IMG/VR virus record: IMGVR_UViG_3300045988_068451
Span: 1 to 39,970 of that record
Reading direction: 5' to 3' (one strand)
DNA length: 39,970 bases
Source of the DNA: a virus
Positions 1 to 9,446 of this stretch are shown here, one piece after another. The position numbers were made by a program, and so were the translations under genes. The notes beneath the pieces are model-generated. The model did no database searches. It saw nothing but the letters and a program-made list of their open reading frames with translations, and was not told where the DNA came from. How positions within the stretch are numbered: position 1 is the stretch's first letter; each line of letters begins with the position of its first letter.

Positions 1-55
1 CAGATATTTCTTTTGACGTTCCGTCAATTTCTACTAAGCAATCTATACTTTCAAT
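1..55. repeat. Terminal 55-bp exact direct repeat, copy 1 (identical to 39916-39970); circular-closure overlap of a 39,915-bp unit
   Basis: Direct comparison of both window ends: all 55 bases are identical. The repeat lies inside an ORF whose frame reads through the junction. Confidence 0.95.
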
Positions 56-1105
56 CTCATCATCCTTGAAAATCCTTATAAGTCCCCAAGTAATCTCTGT
101 AAGGAATGCATTTCTAAAAGGCTTACTTGTTTCAAGGAATGTTATGACAACCCTGTTATAGAAATCTACAACGCCATAGCAAAAGTATTTATAGCTATCC
201 GGATCATATTCCTGTTCCTTTAGCAAAGTATTATCTGAATACCATTTGATATTTATCTTACTACAATAGTCTTCGCTGTGATCATTAAAGACAAGGCTAA
301 TCCCTACACTTGAGAAGTTTTTGGTAAATCTAAAATCTAAAGTAGGTGGATTTGCAAATCTGCCTGAACTATCCGATACACCTCTACTTATGTATCCCAT
401 GTGCTCGAAAGTGTTAGGATCAGGAGTATTTGCATAATATCCGTCAAGCTTAGAATATCGAGGTAAACACATAGCATAATTTGGATACTCAACTACCTCT
501 TTCAGATTTTCAAGTACAACAAAATCCTTTTTATCTGATGAACTTATAGAGCTGTCCTCTTTTGCTCCAAGTGCTATATCATCATATACTATCTTTAATC
601 CCCCGGCATTTGACATCCTTTGATTTCGGATAGCTGACAGCCAAATATATCTATATGGCTTACTCGTCTGTAGAAACTCAATTTTAACAGTATCAAAAAG
701 CTTTACTTTAGCAGCGCAAAAATATTCGAATGATATCGGACTGTATTCTGCAGTCTTTACAATTGCGTTGTCCTTAAACCAACTTATTTTTACCTTCTTC
801 GCATAGTCTCCCGATAAAAGGTTAAATTTAAGCTGTATTCCGTTACTCGTCTTTAGCCTGTCATATTTAACTGTAATAGTAGGTATATCAACAAAATTGC
901 AATCGCGATCCGATAGGCTACCGCTAATATACCCACCTAAACCATATGGCATATTATCAGGAGCATTTGTATAATCTCCGTTCAGCTTAGAGTATCTAGG
1001 CAGGCAATACGCAAATCCCTGCATAGAATTTTCAGTGCCAAATAAAGTATCAAGAGTGGAATATTCCTGTTGATTATTCGTTTCTGTTTGTATATCCCAT
1101 CTCAT
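1..1105 (-). CDS. Tail-tip/baseplate protein, N-terminal 368 codons of a 699-aa ORF that wraps the window ends (ATG 1105-1103; continues 39915->38921)
   Basis: Manual translation of the minus strand 1105->1 is stop-free (MRWDIQTETNNQQEYSTLDT...VEIDGTSKEIS). It is in frame, through the 55-bp overlap, with track ORF 38921..39907. TAATG stop/start overlap with the upstream gene. Absent from the ORF track because it runs off the window. Confidence 0.85.
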   Translation of the reverse strand, partial: MRWDIQTETNNQQEYSTLDTLFGTENSMQGFAYCLPRYSKLNGDYTNAPDNMPYGLGGYISGSLSDRDCNFVDIPTITVKYDRLKTSNGIQLKFNLLSGDYAKKVKISWFKDNAIVKTAEYSPISFEYFCAAKVKLFDTVKIEFLQTSKPYRYIWLSAIRNQRMSNAGGLKIVYDDIALGAKEDSSISSSDKKDFVVLENLKEVVEYPNYAMCLPRYSKLDGYYANTPDPNTFEHMGYISRGVSDSSGRFANPPTLDFRFTKNFSSVGISLVFNDHSEDYCSKINIKWYSDNTLLKEQEYDPDSYKYFCYGVVDFYNRVVITFLETSKPFRNAFLTEITWGLIRIFKDDEIESIDCLVEIDGTSKEIS

Positions 1106-1500
1106 TATCTTCTCCTCTGTGGCTCCATAGCTATAAAGTTTATTGACAATCCTTCAGTAAGGCCCCAGTAGTTTTTACCGTTTCTTACCATCAGATCATC
1201 TTCGCCCTGTGTAACATATGCCTTAAATGTCATTGTCTCATTCCCGTAAGGTACCGTTATGTCATGGCTTGCAAATGACGGATTAGATATAGCGTCATAA
1301 AAATGATTGTATGATGCCATATCCAAACCCTTAGGAGCAACCTTCATTGTATAGTTGTAAAATGTACCGATAATATCTCTATGCATAGCATAATCGGTAG
1401 TACGACCGGAGTTTTCTGTATCTGTTACAGCGAACTTTCTCTTAAGCTCCAGCACATTTACATTGTATTCTCTGCCGTCTAATCTAAAAATATTAGCCAT
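1105..1500 (-). CDS. Small tail protein directly after the tape measure gene (distal-tail-protein position), 131 aa
   Basis: Track ORF. It has TAATG overlaps with the TMP stop and with the start of the next tail gene. Function is by synteny only. Confidence 0.6.
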   Translation of the reverse strand: MANIFRLDGREYNVNVLELKRKFAVTDTENSGRTTDYAMHRDIIGTFYNYTMKVAPKGLDMASYNHFYDAISNPSFASHDITVPYGNETMTFKAYVTQGEDDLMVRNGKNYWGLTEGLSINFIAMEPQRRR

Positions 1501-4500
1501 TAATTACCTCCTACCAACACAAGGCTCACTCCCTTTCTCTTTGCCTCTTTATCTAGTTCAGGCTTCAAAAGCCTTGCGAGAGCTCCAAGACTGCTGTCAA
1601 ACTTTATTACAATCTGAGAAGGCTCTGCACTTCCATTGCTTGCTTGCATTTTATCTGCTAACATTCCAAGAACATCGTCCTTATTCTCATAGCTTGCCTT
1701 TAGTGTATCTGTATATCCTGTACCTGTAGGCATTATTCTACCCTTAGCAACATTTGGTATATACGAGGATGCGTTAGGAATGTTTAAGCCTATAGGAACG
1801 CCTATATCAACGCCGTCGAATACATCAATTACTCCGCCCAGCCATTTTTGCGCCTCACTTATAGATGTCTTAGCTGTATCTGCAATACCGGCATTAAATC
1901 CTTTTACCACGTATTCAGCTATTGAACGGAACTCTCTTGAAGGAGAATGTATCTTAAATACTTTTTCCGCCTCTTGTACAGCTTCTCTTGCCCATTTTCT
2001 TACTGCAGACTTAGCCATGTGGCCAAATTCATTAATACCTTTTGCAAACCCCTCATTTATACGCTTAGCCATGTTGTAAAAAGTTTGATACAGGCCTCCT
2101 GATCCGGAAGTGTTACCATCTCCCCAGAACCACTCTGTTACATTTTTGCCCCATGTCTGCATAGGTGTTTTTGTTTCCGTGTGGCTACTCTCTATCTTTG
2201 TTTTAAATGCAGTAATTATGTCTTGTGCAAATTTAGTCCATGATTTTACATTTATACCTTTTGCCTCGCTCTCGTCCACAAACCATTTTCTAATGTTCTG
2301 TGCCCAAAGTTCTACAGGGCTTTGTGTATCTGTGTGAGACCCAAGTATTTTATCTTTGAAAGCGGTTATTATATCTAAGGCAAACTTAGTCCAAGACTCT
2401 TTGTTTACGCCCTTGTCACTTCCCGCACCTATAAACCATGTTCTTATCGCTTTACTCCACGCTTCTATAACATTCTGAGTAGTCTTATAGTTCGACGTAA
2501 CTCCAGTATTAAATCCGGTTATAGTTCCTGAAGCCCACTTTTGAGCTTCTGAAGAAGTATTACTGTTTATTCCAAGCTTTGTAGCAAACCAACTACTTAC
2601 TCCGCTCGCCCAGGATTGTATTATTGACTGAGTGCTTACTTGCTTCTGCGATACTCCTTGATTGAATCCCTCTACAGTAAACCCTCCGACTTCCTGCATT
2701 ATGGTTGAAGGACTGTGTATTCCCAAAAGCCCCTTCACTCCATTTACAAACGGATCTGTTATATTCTGCTTTATAAAATTTATAGGAGCTGAAAAGGTAT
2801 TCTTGACTCCGTTACAAAATCCTTCCCACAGATAAGTTCCTATTTCCTCCATCACCTTTGAAGGGCTGTGTATTCCAAAACCATTCTTTACTCCGTCAAT
2901 GAACGGCTTTATCATGTTTTTATACACCCATCCGGCTATGCCTATCAAAGCGTTTTTAACTCCATTTAAAAGGCCTTGTACAACATTACCCCCACAATCT
3001 TCTATTTCTTTGCCAAAGTAATCTCTGGCCTTCGTAAATCCTTTTATTATCAAGTCTGCAACTACTCTTGCAAGCATTCCGAACACAGTACCAACTGCAG
3101 AATAGAAAAGCGTGTAAAGCCTGCTTGCTATACCTAGCCAGTCTATGGATGTAAGCATTGTTTCTATACCTACAGCAAGCTTGCTCCAGTCGGTTGTTTG
3201 GACAATCTTTATAAGAGTATCAAGCAATCCTATTACAAACATGCCTATTGACTCGGCCACCATTCCAAAATCAAATGTGTTGAATATTGTAGTCAGACTT
3301 GTGCCGATATTCTCTCCAAGTGTTGCCCACTCAAAATTTTCTACAGCCGTATGAAATGCCCTAAAAACTCCGTTTAAGCTTTCAGCCGCCACAAGCCCTA
3401 AATTCTCCCACGGTATATGCTCCATCATGCTGTTTAAGCTTTGTGATACTGCGTCTCCTATACTCTCCCAGTCAACCGTTTCGACAAACCCTCTAAGACC
3501 CTCTACTTTCGCTTTGAAATATTCCCCCAGAGTTGCGCCGAACAATTCCCAGTCTATGGTGCTTACCATACCGTTTAAGCCATCGCCAAAAGCTTTACCA
3601 AGAGCATACCAGTCTATTTGAATTAAAAGCAAATACAGAGTATGCAGTACTGTATTTATACCTGTTCCAATCATAACTCCTATGGCATTCCAGTCTATCG
3701 TTGCCACAAGCGAATTGAACATAGTTGTAAAAGCTGTTACAAACTCCGTTATTTTCCCGCCCAAATTATCCCAGCTGATAAATTTAGTGAACATTCCCAC
3801 AGCGTCATTTATCTTTTCGCCTATAAGCTTTCCAATACCTGCAAAATCTCCGGCATTGAATAAGTCTTTTAACTGCTTCGCAAAGTCACTTATGCCCTTA
3901 TTTATCTCAGCTGTTTCGAACATATTTGCAGGAGATACGGCACCGCCGCCACCTCCTCCGCCACCGCCTGAGCCTTTGTTGGCATTCAGCTGTATCTGTA
4001 CAAGATCATCAAAAGGTGCGAGTGCTTTTTTAGCCTCTTGGCCTGCTTTCTTTGCTGCTCCTCCTGTACCTTTTAAACTCTTTGCGTAGTCCTCATTAGT
4101 CTTCTTGGCTCTTATGAATGTTGTCTTACCGCCTAATGCTGAAAAGAACTGGTTTATATAGCTTAACGCTGTTGCAAGTAAGTTTATAAGAGCGTTTAAG
4201 GCAGGAGCCACAGCAGTTAGGATAGGAGCAAATGCAGCCGCAAAACTGTTCTTTAGATACCCCATTGAAGACATAAGCCCTGAAAGAGTAGCGTTTGCTT
4301 CGCTTGAATACTGCACAAGGTTCTGAAATCCTTCTCTAACTCCCTGTATAACTGCACGCATAGCCATACGAATCAAGAGCATTTTAAACATGTTTGATAA
4401 CTTTAATATGCTCTTACTTACACCGTTTGACGCTCCGTTAATTTTCTTTGTGTTAGCTACAAAGCTTCGGATTTGAGAAGCCATCTTAGAGCCTATAGAC

Positions 4501-5171
4501 CTTGCAAACTTTAATGCTGCACTTGTAGCTTTGCCAAACGCCGCTTGTGCAGCAGAGCCAAAGCTTTTGAGAGGTGTTCCAACAGCTCTTTCTCTTTCTT
4601 CTGTTTCAGCAAGTCTTTGTCTATACACTTCCAGCTGACTTGTGAGTTGCTGAACTCTATTCGCCCTGTCCGTATATGCAGCACTATCCGTCCCAGAGGT
4701 GAAGGCTTCGCCATCAGCTTTCAGTTGCTCCATTTCATTTCTGTATACTTCAAGCTGTCTTGTAGTCTGATCTATATCATATTGTAAGGTTTTCCACCTG
4801 CTGGAGTTATGGCTTACACCCATAGCGTCCATTTTTTCCTGTCTTGCTATGAGTGCTTCAAGTTTACTGCTTGTTGCATCTATTTGCTCTTGATACCACT
4901 GGTATTCATCTGTTGGTATCTGAGATTGCCCAATTTCTGCCATCTCTGCTGTAAGTCTTTGTATTTTAGCTTCGGTTTGCTCTATCTGATTATTTAAATT
5001 AGTTATCTTTGAGCTACCACCAAAGCTTCTTTCTATAGTGCCTCCTACCCTTTCCATATCAGTCTGGAGAGTTCTTGCGGCACCCGAGAGTGTACTAACA
5101 CCTTGCTCGAATCCCGTGGTATCTACTCTGGTGTCAAACCTTAAACTTCCATCACTTCCGCCACCTGCCAA
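1500..5171 (-). CDS. Tail tape measure protein, 1223 aa
   Basis: Size and position after the tail chaperone genes. Coiled-coil N-terminal third, Gly9 run, many DW..(L/I)G repeats and three (G/K)IHSPS motifs. Tandem about 40-aa W-rich repeats near the C-terminus. TTG start 6 nt after GGGGGTG. Confidence 0.9.
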   Translation of the reverse strand: MAGGGSDGSLRFDTRVDTTGFEQGVSTLSGAARTLQTDMERVGGTIERSFGGSSKITNLNNQIEQTEAKIQRLTAEMAEIGQSQIPTDEYQWYQEQIDATSSKLEALIARQEKMDAMGVSHNSSRWKTLQYDIDQTTRQLEVYRNEMEQLKADGEAFTSGTDSAAYTDRANRVQQLTSQLEVYRQRLAETEERERAVGTPLKSFGSAAQAAFGKATSAALKFARSIGSKMASQIRSFVANTKKINGASNGVSKSILKLSNMFKMLLIRMAMRAVIQGVREGFQNLVQYSSEANATLSGLMSSMGYLKNSFAAAFAPILTAVAPALNALINLLATALSYINQFFSALGGKTTFIRAKKTNEDYAKSLKGTGGAAKKAGQEAKKALAPFDDLVQIQLNANKGSGGGGGGGGGAVSPANMFETAEINKGISDFAKQLKDLFNAGDFAGIGKLIGEKINDAVGMFTKFISWDNLGGKITEFVTAFTTMFNSLVATIDWNAIGVMIGTGINTVLHTLYLLLIQIDWYALGKAFGDGLNGMVSTIDWELFGATLGEYFKAKVEGLRGFVETVDWESIGDAVSQSLNSMMEHIPWENLGLVAAESLNGVFRAFHTAVENFEWATLGENIGTSLTTIFNTFDFGMVAESIGMFVIGLLDTLIKIVQTTDWSKLAVGIETMLTSIDWLGIASRLYTLFYSAVGTVFGMLARVVADLIIKGFTKARDYFGKEIEDCGGNVVQGLLNGVKNALIGIAGWVYKNMIKPFIDGVKNGFGIHSPSKVMEEIGTYLWEGFCNGVKNTFSAPINFIKQNITDPFVNGVKGLLGIHSPSTIMQEVGGFTVEGFNQGVSQKQVSTQSIIQSWASGVSSWFATKLGINSNTSSEAQKWASGTITGFNTGVTSNYKTTQNVIEAWSKAIRTWFIGAGSDKGVNKESWTKFALDIITAFKDKILGSHTDTQSPVELWAQNIRKWFVDESEAKGINVKSWTKFAQDIITAFKTKIESSHTETKTPMQTWGKNVTEWFWGDGNTSGSGGLYQTFYNMAKRINEGFAKGINEFGHMAKSAVRKWAREAVQEAEKVFKIHSPSREFRSIAEYVVKGFNAGIADTAKTSISEAQKWLGGVIDVFDGVDIGVPIGLNIPNASSYIPNVAKGRIMPTGTGYTDTLKASYENKDDVLGMLADKMQASNGSAEPSQIVIKFDSSLGALARLLKPELDKEAKRKGVSLVLVGGN

Positions 5172-5186
5172 TGTTACACCCCCTTT

Positions 5187-5219
5187 CTAAAAAATAAAAA
5201 GGGCACTATGAAATGCCCT
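5187..5219 (-). terminator. Rho-independent terminator-like hairpin between the Gp15-like gene and the tape measure gene
   Basis: Minus sense AGGGCA-TTTCATAG-TGCCCT (5219-5200) followed by TTTTTATTTTTT. The hairpin starts at the TAG stop of the upstream gene. Confidence 0.6.
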
Positions 5220-5778
5220 AATTCAACAAACTGTTTAAGTAATCTATTTCCGCCTGCTCTTCCTCGGTGTACCTTGTCTTTATGTCGCAGATATTTTTAT
5301 TGTGAGAATAGAAATCCTGCTCCCATTTTTCAAGTTTCTTGCCCCTCTGCTTCTTTTGCCTTATAGCTAAAACTGTTGAAAATGTTCCGCCCTCTATTTC
5401 CATAAAGTAGCCCATAAACGTCCACCAGTGAAGATATTTTTCTGCTCTCACCTCTTTACTTGCAACACGATTTATTGCCGGAAAGATAATAGTTGCGTCC
5501 TGTACCCAGTCTATTACCTTTCTTTGCTGTACTTCATTGCCTGACTTACCGCAGTCAACAAACCATTTTGCTTGCTCTAAGGCTTCTTCTATGTTAGCGC
5601 TTGATACTTCCCCGTAATTATCGCCGTATATCCTTTTTAGAAGTATATAGAGACGTTCCTTGTCGTTTATTTCAGGATCTTCACAAGCCTCCAAAAACAC
5701 TAATATATTTCTAAAATCAGTATTTATGGAATATTCTTTTCCTGCAACTGTTAATGCAGTCGGTAAGCACCCTATCAT
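5218..5778 (-). CDS. Gp15-family phage protein (tail assembly chaperone position), 186 aa
   Basis: Position between the major tail and TMP genes. The sequence pattern (LP..L.V.GKEY.I.TDFR..L...) resembles the bacteriophage Gp15 family as I recall it. ATGA overlap with the upstream gene. Confidence 0.65.
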   Translation of the reverse strand: MIGCLPTALTVAGKEYSINTDFRNILVFLEACEDPEINDKERLYILLKRIYGDNYGEVSSANIEEALEQAKWFVDCGKSGNEVQQRKVIDWVQDATIIFPAINRVASKEVRAEKYLHWWTFMGYFMEIEGGTFSTVLAIRQKKQRGKKLEKWEQDFYSHNKNICDIKTRYTEEEQAEIDYLNSLLN

Positions 5779-6209
5779 TTTATTACATCAATATACTTGT
5801 CTATTCTTGCCTGATTCTTCTTTGCGTACTTTTCTATAGCTGGTTTCATAATATCTATGAGACCGTCAAACACGCCCTCAAACAAGTATTTTTGTCCAAC
5901 AATACAAAGAGGTGACTGCCCATCAAAGATAGTATCATACACATCTGCATTGAATACCTCGTTAAAAGCCTTACGCATAGCAGAGGTAAAGTCTGCTATG
6001 TACGCACCATCTTTTTCTAATCCACTCTTTGCCGTGCCGTCAGGATTAAGTTCTACATCTTCAGGTACGCTGTAATTCTCAAAATCCTTTTGCATTTTCA
6101 GGATTCTGTTGATTATCTCAGGATCTGCGGGATTAAATCTTATTACTTTGTTTGGATCATCATTGACGGTAAAGCTTTCTCTACCGTCATTAAAAGATAA
6201 ATTTTTCAT
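5775..6209 (-). CDS. Tail assembly chaperone-like protein, 144 aa
   Basis: Acidic 144-aa ORF immediately after the major tail gene. Call is by synteny. Confidence 0.55.
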   Translation of the reverse strand: MKNLSFNDGRESFTVNDDPNKVIRFNPADPEIINRILKMQKDFENYSVPEDVELNPDGTAKSGLEKDGAYIADFTSAMRKAFNEVFNADVYDTIFDGQSPLCIVGQKYLFEGVFDGLIDIMKPAIEKYAKKNQARIDKYIDVIK

Positions 6210-6233
6210 TTGTGTAACTCCTTATCTGTATTC

Positions 6234-6728
6234 TTAATCAGCTGTAAATGTCTTTGATGTTAATACAAACTTACCCTTTACTCTGTTGCCTGTGTAATGA
6301 ATGTTGAAAGGTATCTGATAACCTGTAGTATCACCGCCGTAGCTTGAAATCTCAATAATTGCGTCCTCTTTGTATGCAACATATGTTCCCGGAGTTCCGT
6401 TATCCTCATCCCAAAGATGTACCTCTACAACATCAGTAGTAAGGTCATCAAGTGTCTGACGCTCATCTATGATAGCCTGCAACCTTGTAAATAATGGATC
6501 TCCTACCTCAGCATAATAAGGCTCTACAGATGCCTCAGGCTGATATGTGGTAAGATTTACAGATGTTTCACCTAAGATATTACTCTTCTTCTCTGTGTTG
6601 GCGTTCATCTCAATCTTATACTCTTCAAGGTCCTTACCTAATCTTGCATATGCTGCAGTGGTACCGGTCTTATTTGTATTTATAAAGTGCGCCATGAATT
6701 TACGCTTAATCTTTCCTGTTACTGCCAT
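6234..6728 (-). CDS. Major tail (tube) protein, 164 aa
   Basis: Position after the head-tail joining genes and before the chaperones and TMP. Size is typical of siphovirus tube proteins. SD GGAG upstream. Confidence 0.7.
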   Translation of the reverse strand: MAVTGKIKRKFMAHFINTNKTGTTAAYARLGKDLEEYKIEMNANTEKKSNILGETSVNLTTYQPEASVEPYYAEVGDPLFTRLQAIIDERQTLDDLTTDVVEVHLWDEDNGTPGTYVAYKEDAIIEISSYGGDTTGYQIPFNIHYTGNRVKGKFVLTSKTFTAD

Positions 6729-6730
6729 GT

Positions 6731-7180
6731 TTATTCCTCGCTTTCTAATTTATACTCGGCGTAAATTTGCAATTGATACATTACGCCATCATTTATAGTT
6801 TCCCCAACTAAGCCCATGCTCATAGCATTAGCAGTTGTAGCTTTTAAAAATATTCCTTGCTTTTCTTCGCCCTCAACTTCAAAGGTTACAAGTTCCTCAG
6901 GTAAATGCTCTAGCCAGTACGATAATTCATATAAAAAATTGCTGTTGGCCAACCTGTTATAATCTGTATAAGACTGACCAATAGCATACAATACAAAGTT
7001 ATGTTTTCGTATCTGTGTGCCCTGTATATCTTCTTTTACAAGGCTGTCACCTGTGCTTGATAGACCGTAATTCGTGGGCTGTGGCTCTGTAAAATCTATA
7101 TGGACATCATCCCCAGCAAGGAATTCTGATATCTTAGGATAAGCTGTCAGCTTCTCCCTCATAAAGTCTATGATTGTCAT
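6731..7180 (-). CDS. Head-tail joining / tail terminator-class protein (Sfi11-type minor capsid set), 149 aa
   Basis: Synteny. Tightly packed with its neighbours (ATGA overlap upstream). Confidence 0.5.
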   Translation of the reverse strand: MTIIDFMREKLTAYPKISEFLAGDDVHIDFTEPQPTNYGLSSTGDSLVKEDIQGTQIRKHNFVLYAIGQSYTDYNRLANSNFLYELSYWLEHLPEELVTFEVEGEEKQGIFLKATTANAMSMGLVGETINDGVMYQLQIYAEYKLESEE

Positions 7181-7647
7181 ATACTGCCCCTGTCTATCAA
7201 TGCCTGTGTGGCCTTGAGTATATCTTCCTTGTGGTCAGCCTTCATTCTGTCAAAGAACTTTTTGCCTCTCATAGGTGCTCCGAAGAACTGTAACTCCCTT
7301 ACAGGGCTTGACATAACCTTTGTTACGCCCTTCCTAGACCTCCACTCTCCAGCGTATGGACCTGATTTTATCTTAAAACCTGCTGTTTTAAATACGGGGT
7401 CTACATACACGATACCTTCATGCAGATAATGCGCATACGGTCCGGGTATATCTATCTGTCCGCTTCCTACCACTGTAGCCATGGCCATCATGTGCTCAAG
7501 CTCTCCGCTTTGTCTTCTCGGCATGTAATCGCCCATATAACGCATAGTTTCAGTATCAACGAAAGACTGCACAGTATTCTTTAGTCCTAAGCCCTTATCA
7601 CGCATTATCGCATCTGTTGGCTTTATATCTAAACTTCCATCAAACAT
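7177..7647 (-). CDS. Head-tail joining protein, HK97 gp10-like / minor capsid class, 156 aa
   Basis: Synteny, plus a PYAHYLHEG motif reminiscent of gp10-like tail completion proteins. Confidence 0.5.
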   Translation of the reverse strand: MFDGSLDIKPTDAIMRDKGLGLKNTVQSFVDTETMRYMGDYMPRRQSGELEHMMAMATVVGSGQIDIPGPYAHYLHEGIVYVDPVFKTAGFKIKSGPYAGEWRSRKGVTKVMSSPVRELQFFGAPMRGKKFFDRMKADHKEDILKATQALIDRGSI

Positions 7648-7653
7648 AAATAC

Positions 7654-8034
7654 CTACTTTCCTGTTAATTCATAGTGCTGTACTGACTTGCTTCCATACA
7701 ATCTTTCATCTGCCGATACAAGTGTTAAGGCCTTGTGGTTTGTCTTTAGCTTCGCTATACCTTCCGCAATAGTAGCCTGAGAAGTGTTATCAAAGCCAAA
7801 ATCAATAACACCCTTAACCATTAAATCCTTGCCCTTGGTAAAGTTAATAGCTCCTTTAAGGCTGCTAAGGGGTATCATAACTAACGCTGTACAGCTACCC
7901 CTTTGCCCTGTTTTAATGAATGTAGAGTGTTCTACATCTTCCCAGTACACATTTTTTACTACTTGCCGTGTAAACTTCTCAAGCTTTCCATCTTTAGTAC
8001 ATAAGTACAGCGTGATATCTGAATTAGTAAACAT
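7654..8034 (-). CDS. Head closure / head-tail joining protein, 126 aa
   Basis: Synteny between the connector and tail genes. Confidence 0.5.
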   Translation of the reverse strand: MFTNSDITLYLCTKDGKLEKFTRQVVKNVYWEDVEHSTFIKTGQRGSCTALVMIPLSSLKGAINFTKGKDLMVKGVIDFGFDNTSQATIAEGIAKLKTNHKALTLVSADERLYGSKSVQHYELTGK

Positions 8035-8035
8035 C

Positions 8036-8416
8036 TTACAGCCCCCTATAACAAAGACCTGTATTGCCTAGCCATTTAATCACAATATCGTACTGCTTAG
8101 ACTTAAAAGACTCTTCTCTATCTGCTTTACTCGAAAAGCCGACAGAGTAGGATCCTATTCGTTCGGATGTTTTATTGCCCGTATCTCTTGACTGTGTTTC
8201 ATTTTCACATATTAATTCAGCCAATTCACAACAGCAAAACTTTACATCTTTCGGAATGTCCTCAACTCCTTCAAGCCTTCCAAATGTGTACATGTCTATT
8301 ATTCTGCTTGCACCTCTTGCGTAGTAATCAAAACCGGCACCAACGGTCGGATTCTTTCCCTGCAGATATTCTCGTGTGTAAAAGCTATAGTCCGCATACC
8401 TTACCATCAGTGCCAC
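8036..8416 (-). CDS. Head-tail connector (adaptor) protein, about 123-126 aa
   Basis: First gene after the capsid block. The N-terminal pattern (Y..Y....F..YA..ASR.ID..T..R) is typical of gp6-like adaptors. Start is GTG at 8416 or ATG at 8407. Confidence 0.55.
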   Translation of the reverse strand: MALMVRYADYSFYTREYLQGKNPTVGAGFDYYARGASRIIDMYTFGRLEGVEDIPKDVKFCCCELAELICENETQSRDTGNKTSERIGSYSVGFSSKADREESFKSKQYDIVIKWLGNTGLCYRGL

Positions 8417-8420
8417 TCTC

Positions 8421-8543
8421 CTATTCCTTTGCTTTCTTTGCCTTTGCTGCTTCTGCCTTCAAGGCTTCGTTCTCTGCCTTAAGTGTCTCAATAATGTCCT
8501 CGGCCTTTGCCTCTGTACTTACTCCCATTCCTATCTGTCTCAT
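8421..8543 (-). CDS. Small coiled-coil protein, 40 aa (below track threshold)
   Basis: Manual translation MRQIGMGVSTEAKAEDIIETLKAENEALKAEAAKAKKAKE. SD GGAAGGAG lies 7 nt upstream. Sits between the capsid and connector genes. Confidence 0.45.
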   Translation of the reverse strand: MRQIGMGVSTEAKAEDIIETLKAENEALKAEAAKAKKAKE

Positions 8544-8557
8544 GCAATACTCCTTCC

Positions 8558-9430
8558 TTATGCCTTATGGCTTAGATAAATGCCTGCAACCTTATTCTTA
8601 TACGCATCAACAAGACCGTACTTACGATACTTTGAGATATAAGAATCAGCGTTCGGATTGTTCTCAGGTGCAATAATGTCTGAAGCGATATGCTTGTCAA
8701 ACTTGATAATTGCAGGCTTATGAACGATCATAAAGTTGATATCCTTACCGCTTGCAGCCTTCTTGTAGTGTCCAAGCTCCTCGCCTGAGCTCTTTCCGTC
8801 AAGCAACTCTATAACTGTATAGAATCTTGACTGTGGCACTGCCTTCTTCACCATAAAGGTATCAAGTATCTCTCTTGACTTTGTAGTGTCAAGGGACATA
8901 ACACTGTTTAACAATGTTGGAGTTGCGTACAAAATTCTGTTATCAAGCGGCACTTCATCCTCATCCATCTTGTTCTTTGCCTCAATAAGTGCAGACAAGA
9001 AATCAGATGCATTTGCATATGTTGCAGGTGTTGCCTTTGATATTCCTGTAAGCCCGGCAAGTGTAGCAAATACAAAAGCATCGGCCTCAGGTGCCACCTT
9101 CTCCCTCTGAAGTGTTGCTCCTGCCATACCAAAAGCAATGTTGAATGTCTCCTGATCATCCATAGTATCAACAGATATCTTTGTGCCTCTGTCATAGTTA
9201 AATGTTGCAGTCTTCCATACAACATTTACGGATCCATTTGTGTATCCGCTGTTTCTGTCATAATCTCCAAGACCTGATACAGAAATCTGTGGATATAAGA
9301 TTTCCTTTGCATTTGCTCCGGCTCTCATCATTGACGCATCGCTTGTCAGATCCGCTGTAACTGACGCATTCTTGTAGACTTCATCAAGTAGGTCCGTATA
9401 ATTTTTTGCTAATGTAATATTGTTTGCCAT
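8558..9430 (-). CDS. Major capsid protein, 290 aa
   Basis: Follows the scaffold gene. Size and position match the major capsid proteins of Sfi11/A118-like head modules. Strong SD. Confidence 0.8.
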   Translation of the reverse strand: MANNITLAKNYTDLLDEVYKNASVTADLTSDASMMRAGANAKEILYPQISVSGLGDYDRNSGYTNGSVNVVWKTATFNYDRGTKISVDTMDDQETFNIAFGMAGATLQREKVAPEADAFVFATLAGLTGISKATPATYANASDFLSALIEAKNKMDEDEVPLDNRILYATPTLLNSVMSLDTTKSREILDTFMVKKAVPQSRFYTVIELLDGKSSGEELGHYKKAASGKDINFMIVHKPAIIKFDKHIASDIIAPENNPNADSYISKYRKYGLVDAYKNKVAGIYLSHKA

Positions 9431-9446
9431 GTTTATTTATCCTTTC

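Noticed and set aside
1-55. Terminal repeat as a biological DTR, cos region or att duplication
   Set aside because: The repeat is internal to a continuous ORF, is of assembler-overlap length, and the true attP lies at 34.4 kb. Circular-closure artefact is the simpler reading.
3939-3970. GC-rich GCC/ACC/TCC run as a possible repeat element
   Set aside because: It simply encodes the Gly9 tract inside the tape measure protein. There is no spacer/repeat organisation.
5770-5785. Programmed frameshift between the two tail chaperone genes (gpG/gpGT style)
   Set aside because: The junction is a plain ATGA stop/start overlap (GTAATAAAATGATAGGG). No X_XXY_YYZ heptamer is visible near the end of the upstream ORF.
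8167-8676. 169-aa plus-strand ORF. The same judgement applies to similar long antisense ORFs at 3682..4089, 14548..15003, 22923..23330, 26859..27332, 33527..33925 and 38771..39232.
   Set aside because: All lie antisense to well-supported genes, are rich in Ser/Leu/Phe/Cys as expected for reverse frames of AT-rich coding DNA, and lack ribosome-binding sites.
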